Part shown: piece after piece, positions 56,702 through 61,445 of the stretch
Position numbering within the stretch: the stretch's first letter is position 1
Layout: each line of letters starts with the position of its first letter
Assembly (NCBI GenBank): GCA_964452185.1
Contig: CAYVKO010000002.1
Coordinates: 1 to 61,445, forward strand
DNA length: 61,445 nt
From: an uncultured Candidatus Saccharibacteria bacterium
Lineage (GTDB): Bacteria; Patescibacteriota; Minisyncoccia; Phycocordibacterales; SW-6-46-9
Direction of reading: 5' to 3'
Translations under genes and position numbers: made by a program
The notes under the pieces: model-generated
Databases searched by the model: none
Seen by the model: the letters and a program-made list of their open reading frames with translations, nothing else
What the model was told of the DNA's origin: nothing

Positions 56702-56989
56702 ATGGCTAACGAAAACAACACGCCCAACCAAGCACCGGACGGTCGCCGTGGGCAACCGGATGAATCAAACGGCACTAACACAATTCTTATAGTTCTTCTT
56801 ATCATTATTGTGTTAGTTGTTGGATTCTTCCTCTTGAGCGGTACTAGCATGCCGGATGAGCCAGACACTCCGGATACTCCAACTGAAGAACCTGACGCTA
56901 GTGTGGATGTCGATTTGCCTGAAGATGAAGGTAACAACACTGAAGGCAACACAGACGCAGAAACTGAAACTGACGCTACAGCACAGTAA
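56702..56989 (+). CDS. small single-pass membrane protein with acidic Pro/Thr/Asp/Glu tail
   Basis: One TM helix (ILIVLLIIIVLVVGFFLL). It is followed by a strong terminator. Confidence 0.5.
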   Translation: MANENNTPNQAPDGRRGQPDESNGTNTILIVLLIIIVLVVGFFLLSGTSMPDEPDTPDTPTEEPDASVDVDLPEDEGNNTEGNTDAETETDATAQ

Positions 56990-57014
56990 CACTTTCTCTA
57001 TAGCTGTTGATATC

Positions 57015-57039
57015 ACACCCCATTTTGGGGTGTTTTTTA
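57015..57039 (+). terminator. rho-independent terminator
   Basis: Stem ACACCCC/GGGGTGT with a 5-nt loop runs into TTTTTT. Confidence 0.8.
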
Positions 57040-57106
57040 TTGGAGGCAACCAGTGTTGTGTTTCAGGAGGTGAAAATTAGCTAGCAAGACCACCTGTCAA
57101 CTAATA

Positions 57107-57141
57107 CCGGTTCTTGCATAAATTGCAAGAACCGGATTTTT
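57107..57141. terminator. strong hairpin terminator (T tract on + side; also lies 3' of the minus-strand gene)
   Basis: A perfect 12-bp stem CCGGTTCTTGCA/TGCAAGAACCGG with a 5-nt loop is followed by ATTTTTA. Confidence 0.7.
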
Positions 57142-57166
57142 ATATGACAGGTTTTAACCAAAGAAG

Positions 57167-58195
57167 TTAGCGACCGGATGGTTGAAGATCAGTCGCCTCG
57201 CCGTTCAGATAAATCTGAACATCCTCTACGGTTGCGAACTGCAAAGCAGTTTCTTCAATTTGAATTCTGGCTCGTGGATTATCACACGCACCGGCAAGAC
57301 CGGAAAGCTCACCTTCAAGGTAAATATTAGCTGTGCCGTTGTTTACTTCAGCACGATTGAAGGAAAGAGTATCGTTCGTTCGGGCCATGAAGTTGCGGAA
57401 TCCTTGTACTTCCTCTCGATCAATGGAGAAGAGTTCATTCATGGCTACAGTAAGTGGAGTTTCAGTTTCTTCGATATCTCGGGTAACCATAGCAACCATG
57501 TCACAACCTCGGTCCGGCTCTTCACCTTCAGATACGTCAGGATCAAGCATGGCTAGACTGATCTCTTCTGTGGTTGGTTGCGCTACTTCGTCGCCGCTTA
57601 TTTCTCGTAATTCCAAGCTGTCTTTCATTTGTTCAACCATATCTTCATATCCTTGGTTGTTCGGGTCGGAAATGTTAGATGAAATAACAACGTAGGCATC
57701 ATCATTTTCTACAACGGTGTTCTCAATCTCTCCAACATTCTCAACTGTGTAGGTGTATGCGGAACGATCCTTAAAGACTGTAGAAGTAACAGGACTTACT
57801 TCTTCGCTGGCTTGCATGTCTTCCTGGAAGCGTGTCTGAGCAAATTCTTCGAGTGTCTGATCATCTTGTTCGTATGAGCTTACTGTTAAAGTGAATCCGT
57901 CTGTAATCTCACCTGTAGCTTGGTCAGATCCAAGATATGTGAACTTGATGTGGTTTTGTTCGCCGGCTCCTTCAGCTTGTACGCTGGCTTCTGGTGGGTG
58001 GGCGATTGAGAAATCATACTGAGCATTACTATAAGTTTCCCAGTCATTTGGAATATCAGCTGTCGATTCTGTGCTGGTTGCAGGAGTAGAGGTGGCATCT
58101 TGGTCGGCAGGGTCTTCTCCACCGGATGTGAAGATCAGTACGCCAACTATGGCCAAAACAACAATTGTAAGGATGATTTTTAGTAGTCGTGACAT
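57167..58195 (-). CDS. membrane-anchored extracytoplasmic protein with C-terminal GerMN-like domain
   Basis: N-terminal TM helix and a Thr/Ser linker. The C-terminal part (…NGTANIYLEGELSGLAGACDNPRARIQIEETALQF..VEDVQIYLNG) resembles the GerMN / sporulation-germination domain. Confidence 0.55.
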   Translation of the reverse strand: MSRLLKIILTIVVLAIVGVLIFTSGGEDPADQDATSTPATSTESTADIPNDWETYSNAQYDFSIAHPPEASVQAEGAGEQNHIKFTYLGSDQATGEITDGFTLTVSSYEQDDQTLEEFAQTRFQEDMQASEEVSPVTSTVFKDRSAYTYTVENVGEIENTVVENDDAYVVISSNISDPNNQGYEDMVEQMKDSLELREISGDEVAQPTTEEISLAMLDPDVSEGEEPDRGCDMVAMVTRDIEETETPLTVAMNELFSIDREEVQGFRNFMARTNDTLSFNRAEVNNGTANIYLEGELSGLAGACDNPRARIQIEETALQFATVEDVQIYLNGEATDLQPSGR

Positions 58196-58316
58196 AAATA
58201 TAAGTTAATTATTACTAGTATTAGTTATTGTTCAGATTAACTGGCCTGTTAGACGGTGTCAATTGCATGATGGTATAATAACCTTGGTGCTCATTATTAG
58301 TTAAACATTACCGCCT

Positions 58317-58592
58317 ATGAATATTCTTTTATGGATTATCTTTGGTGGTCTAGCCGGTTGGATAGCTTCTGAGTTCATAGTTACCGGTGCAGAAGACGGT
58401 ATTGGCATTATCGGTAACGTGGTACTAGGAATCGTTGGTGCGTTTGTTGGTGGTTGGATTGCCGACCAGACCGGCATTAAACCCGGAGCAGAAGGGGCAG
58501 ATCGACCGACAGGAGTATGGAGCTTTGTGTGGGCCGTTGTTGGTGCAGTACTCGTCTTGCTGCTTGTAAACCTGTTTTTGGGCGCACTCTAA
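58317..58592 (+). CDS. GlsB/YeaQ/YmgE-family stress-response membrane protein
   Basis: MNILLWIIFGGLAGWIAS..., a Gly-rich 3-TM protein of 91 aa. Confidence 0.8.
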   Translation: MNILLWIIFGGLAGWIASEFIVTGAEDGIGIIGNVVLGIVGAFVGGWIADQTGIKPGAEGADRPTGVWSFVWAVVGAVLVLLLVNLFLGAL

Positions 58593-58747
58593 AGCGTAGT
58601 GGAGAGATATAAGATAGTTGATGGTCTGTCTTTGTTCGCAGATTAGAAGTTGAGAGAAGTACAGAACAAAAAGAGTCCATTCATCTAGACTAATTTGTCT
58701 AACTGTGACAAATATACACTTTGGTCTGGATGGATAAAGAATTTCTA

Positions 58748-58795
58748 ACACACCCTATTTCCCGTGTGCTAAGGAGTGGGGTGTGTTTTATTTTG
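58748..58795 (+). terminator. possible terminator with large loop
   Basis: 8-bp stem ACACACCC/GGGTGTGT with a 23-nt loop, followed by TTTTATTTT. It lies about 155 nt after the nearest + strand stop. Confidence 0.3.
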
Positions 58796-58815
58796 GGGGT
58801 TTTAGTACTTTGTTT

Positions 58816-59754
58816 TTACTCAAATAGTTCAGATCGATACGCGTCTATCTCTCGTTGATCCCAATCATAGAAGTGTGCGTTGGCTTCTTCTAGATCCTCA
58901 GCTAACTCTTCGCCAACAAACCGCCAGTGCCATGGTTCGTATTGGTAGTATTGATTATCTTGCGGATAGGAAAGTATGAATCCATATTCGTGGGCATTTT
59001 CCTGAAGCCATTCGAACGCCTCGGTAGAGCCAAAGCCATTAAAGTTACTACCGACTTCCGGAGTGGTAAAGTCAACTGCTGTTCCCAGCTGATGTTCAGA
59101 GTAGCCCTGTTCGGCACTAAAGCGGTTAGCGCCGGTACCGTATACACGAGTATAGCGATCATTAAGACGGGCTTGCTCGTCGAACGGGCGGTAGGCAGAG
59201 TTCACAAGAAGGTTAACGTCGTCGTCGTGCGCTGCCTCCAGCATGTCTTCAAGGCGTGGCCACATCTTATCCAGAACCGTAAGTGAGTTGTCGTCGTATA
59301 AATATTCTTGGTCTATTTGTGCCAATGATTCCGGCTTATAGTTTTCGCTCAAAAAGTAGGTGCGTGAATATTTTTTCAAAAGTTCCGGGTCGGTAGAGAC
59401 AGTGTTCTGGAGTGTATCTACGGACTGCGTGACTTCTTCAACCTGCTCTCGCAGATCTTCATTTTCTTCTTCAGCTTCTTCGAGATCTTCTTCTCTTTCA
59501 TCAAGCTGGTCTTGCAGATCGATAATCTGCTCGGACATCTCATCATTTCTTTCTTGTAAGTTTTGATTTTCAGTTCGCAGCTCTTCAGCTTCGGCAAGTC
59601 TCTCGGATAGCTCAGCTTCTTGTGCCTTTGTCTCTGCCAGTTCGTTTGTAAGCGAATCAATTTGGTACCAGCTATATGCTGCAATTCCGGCTGCCAGAAA
59701 AAGCAGCAGAGTTAAAAGCAGTGTATTTCTTCTCGTGGTAGAAGAGGGGTCCAT
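58816..59754 (-). CDS. VanY/M15B-family D-alanyl-D-alanine carboxypeptidase with N-terminal anchor and coiled coil
   Basis: TM helix and about 80 aa of heptad-rich acidic sequence. Motifs SAYRPFDEQ, SEHQLGTAVDF and EPWHWRFVG. Confidence 0.8.
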   Translation of the reverse strand: MDPSSTTRRNTLLLTLLLFLAAGIAAYSWYQIDSLTNELAETKAQEAELSERLAEAEELRTENQNLQERNDEMSEQIIDLQDQLDEREEDLEEAEEENEDLREQVEEVTQSVDTLQNTVSTDPELLKKYSRTYFLSENYKPESLAQIDQEYLYDDNSLTVLDKMWPRLEDMLEAAHDDDVNLLVNSAYRPFDEQARLNDRYTRVYGTGANRFSAEQGYSEHQLGTAVDFTTPEVGSNFNGFGSTEAFEWLQENAHEYGFILSYPQDNQYYQYEPWHWRFVGEELAEDLEEANAHFYDWDQREIDAYRSELFE

Positions 59755-59818
59755 CGCAGTGAGTATAGTAACAAGAAAATTACTTAAATACGAGTTTTGG
59801 CTCTTTTCAGATTGCTGA

Positions 59819-59925
59819 CTTCATTTTCAATCCCGGCAATATTTGGTACTTACGGTTGTAATTGTAATCCGCAGTAGCTCAACGGTAGAGTACCTCACTG
59901 TTAATGAGGGGGTTACTGATTCGAA
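59819..59925 (+). repeat. direct repeat copy 1 (tRNA-Asn upstream region + first 58 nt of tRNA)
   Basis: It matches 61322-61430 with about 4 substitutions and a 2-nt indel, aligned by eye. Confidence 0.9.
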
Positions 59926-60050
59926 AAGCGGAGTTATGTCGCGCGCAGTGTGCGAGCACGACGAACGAGCTCGGGCAGGAGCCTCACAATATTTTCAAGG
60001 GAAACGCAGAAAATATTGATGAGAGCTGACGCCGAATCCGGTCTGCGAAT
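59868..60050 (+). pseudogene. disrupted tRNA-Asn(GUU) copy: 5' part intact to the T-loop, ~107-nt insert, degenerate 3' remnant
   Basis: 59868-59925 equals tRNA-Asn positions 1-59 with 2 substitutions. It diverges after TTCGAA. The remnant CGAATCCgGTCTGCGaA at 60033-60049 matches the tRNA 3' part at 15/18 positions. The T-stem and acceptor pairings are weakened. Confidence 0.75.
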
Positions 60051-60115
60051 GGGTTAAGTTTGATACGAAACTTGCTGTATCACTCTGATTAATCTGTGGA
60101 GAAGAAAGTTAAAAA

Positions 60116-61222
60116 TTAATCTCGTCGTTGTATTTCCAAATTCACCGGATAGTTTACTCGCTCTACCGTGAAAGTAACTACCCCGAGCACACGACCGCGT
60201 GGTGTCTCAACGCTGACCCGCCACTGACCAGAGGCTGGATCGGTTACCCATGTATAGCCTCTGTATCCAGCGTTTCTTCCACCCACAATATCGTGTGAAA
60301 AGGTACCTCTATCTACCCAATCTTTCTGGTTTTCATTATAGTACTGCCAACGGTAAACGATAGGCGCCTTAAACTCAGCGGGAGCGAAGATGGCAGTGAA
60401 TACGTAAGCTTGCTGTCCGGGTTGGATGTGAATAGTTTGCCCGGGAATTAGCTCTTCCAAAAAAGTCTCTTTTTCTCCGTGTAGTACATAGTCTGAATTA
60501 ATACGTTCAACTTTGTGGTATACCCCCGCTTCGCGAATTGATAATGGTATAGGGGGAGTTACGTTGGTAAAATAAAACACATTCATCACAACCAAAATGG
60601 CGGCAATGGCAGCCCATATTGATTGGTTTTGTTCGCGAACACTGGCACTGATACGTTGCAGTAGTAGTGTGTAGACAATTACAATGCTGGCACTTACGAG
60701 TCCGGCTGCTACAAACAGCAAAGGGCTCAACGAATTAAACAAGAATGGGAGTATAACCGAAAACAGAGAGAAGCCAACAAAAAAATAAGCGCCGATTTGA
60801 ATGCGAGGTTCGGTCAGATAGTCGCGGAATAAGTCATTGGAAACCATTAAGATTACCAGAAGCAGAATAAACGGCCAACTGACTGAGAAAGCTCCGCTGA
60901 ACCAGTAGAAAATAAACGAACCGCCCAACAGGGCACCAAAAAAGAACTGAAGTAAAAGAGGGGTAAACAGGCGCACATAGCGCAACCTTTCGGGGATTTT
61001 ATTGTTGTCGTACAGGTGAATAAAAGCAATTGTGCAGCCAGCGCCGATCCAGTAAATAAACAGAAGAGTAAAAGTGGTGTTGGTGTCTATATTGGTGAAC
61101 GTAAAGTAATCTACCAAGAATCCGCTGACCAGCGTTGCGGGCATGAGGATGCGTTCATAGCGAAAGTACAATCGCTTGATACGACGGTAATGAGACTGCA
61201 GGTACGTTTTCATTTGAGACAT
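60116..61222 (-). CDS. polytopic membrane protein with C-terminal DUF2914-like beta domain
   Basis: About 7 TM helices. The soluble C-terminus (IVYRWQYYNENQKDWVDRGTFSHDIVGGRNAGYRGYTWV..ASGQWRVSVETPRGRVLGVVTFTV) resembles DUF2914 as I remember it. Confidence 0.6.
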   Translation of the reverse strand: MSQMKTYLQSHYRRIKRLYFRYERILMPATLVSGFLVDYFTFTNIDTNTTFTLLFIYWIGAGCTIAFIHLYDNNKIPERLRYVRLFTPLLLQFFFGALLGGSFIFYWFSGAFSVSWPFILLLVILMVSNDLFRDYLTEPRIQIGAYFFVGFSLFSVILPFLFNSLSPLLFVAAGLVSASIVIVYTLLLQRISASVREQNQSIWAAIAAILVVMNVFYFTNVTPPIPLSIREAGVYHKVERINSDYVLHGEKETFLEELIPGQTIHIQPGQQAYVFTAIFAPAEFKAPIVYRWQYYNENQKDWVDRGTFSHDIVGGRNAGYRGYTWVTDPASGQWRVSVETPRGRVLGVVTFTVERVNYPVNLEIQRRD

Positions 61223-61321
61223 TATGGATATAGTTTAGATTTACTATACCAATCTTTGCGCTAACTGTGTACCGTCTTTACCAGTGAGTGGTTAACTAAG
61301 ACTTAAAAAATCTCCGTCAAG

Positions 61322-61430
61322 CTTCATTTTCAATCCCGGCAATATTTGGTATTATTACGGTTGTAATTATAATCCGCAGTAGCTCAACGGTAGAGCACCT
61401 CACTGTTAATGAGGGGGTTACTGGTTCGAA
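61322..61430 (+). repeat. direct repeat copy 2
   Basis: See copy 1 at 59819-59925. Confidence 0.9.
61329..61355 (+). promoter_or_regulatory. candidate extended -10 promoter of tRNA-Asn
   Basis: TTCAAT (61329-61334) followed by TGgTATTAT (TG at 61347-61348, -10 at 61350-61355). The predicted start lies about 11 nt before the tRNA. In repeat copy 1 the -10 is degraded to TACTTA. Confidence 0.35.
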
Positions 61431-61444
61431 TCCAGTCTGCGGAG
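61373..61444 (+). tRNA. tRNA-Asn (anticodon GUU)
   Basis: Hand-folded cloverleaf. Acceptor TCCGCAG/CTGCGGA, D arm GCTC-AACGGTA-GAGC, anticodon arm CCTCA-CTGTTAA-TGAGG, variable loop GGGTT, T arm ACTGG-TTCGAAT-CCAGT, discriminator G. The window ends 1 nt later. Confidence 0.95.
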
Positions 61445-61445
61445 C

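Noticed and set aside
57040-57106. A Shine-Dalgarno-like AGGAGGTG suggested a missed small gene.
   Set aside because: No ATG, GTG or TTG lies at a suitable distance. The only in-frame possibility is a 14-codon TTG ORF upstream of the SD.
59819-61444. I considered a classical tRNA-integrated genomic island.
   Set aside because: The duplicated segment is the promoter plus the 5' part of the tRNA, not its 3' end. No integrase or excisionase is present, and the enclosed DNA is a single membrane-protein gene. It is kept as a finding, but not called a mobile element.

Overview
This 61,445-nt window is a densely coding, mostly plus-strand chromosomal segment. I count about 70 CDS, one intact tRNA and one disrupted tRNA copy. 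The organism uses the standard genetic code, since TGA closes several well-supported ORFs. I saw no rRNA, CRISPR array, transposase, integrase or phage genes.

Gene content is housekeeping plus envelope and stress functions:
- Proteostasis and regulation: a 5'-partial Clp/Hsp100 ATPase, an ECF-type sigma factor with a putative anti-sigma partner, and a type IV pilin.
- DNA repair and replication: mutM, rarA, a PIF1/RecD-like helicase, xseA-xseB, a UvrD-type helicase-nuclease and a DEDD exonuclease.
- Sugar-phosphate metabolism: gap, an FAD-linked oxidase, rpiB, an HD hydrolase, rpe, a split transketolase, a PfkB kinase, GH15 and a PQQ-type sugar dehydrogenase.
- Thiol and quinone redox: VKOR, NDH-2, YtxJ, DsbA, a DCC-LMF fusion and MsrB.
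- Energy and translation: a complete F1Fo ATP synthase operon (atpI-like, B, E, F, H, A, G, D, C), plus hisS, truB, engB, uppP and rplY.
- Envelope: MscL, an MscS-family channel and several wall hydrolases.

The lineage may be a reduced-genome group such as Patescibacteria/CPR. This is inference only. It rests on the split transketolase, the pilin, the many anchored coiled-coil hydrolases, the short spacers and the lack of biosynthetic operons.

The most noteworthy observations are:
1. The ATP synthase c subunit carries a full Na+-binding signature in its two-carboxylate variant.
2. At the right end, direct repeats of about 108 bp (tRNA-Asn promoter plus the tRNA 5' part) flank a DUF2914-like membrane protein gene. 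The upstream tRNA copy is split in its T-loop by a structured insert of about 107 nt.
3. A small membrane-protein cassette (promoter/RBS, ORF and terminator) is tandemly duplicated between msrB and an mscS-family gene.
4. There are three domain fusions: HRDC-XseA, DCC-LMF and MscL-zinc ribbon.

I found no convincing multi-gene defence or mobile system. All novelty statements need database searches that I cannot run.
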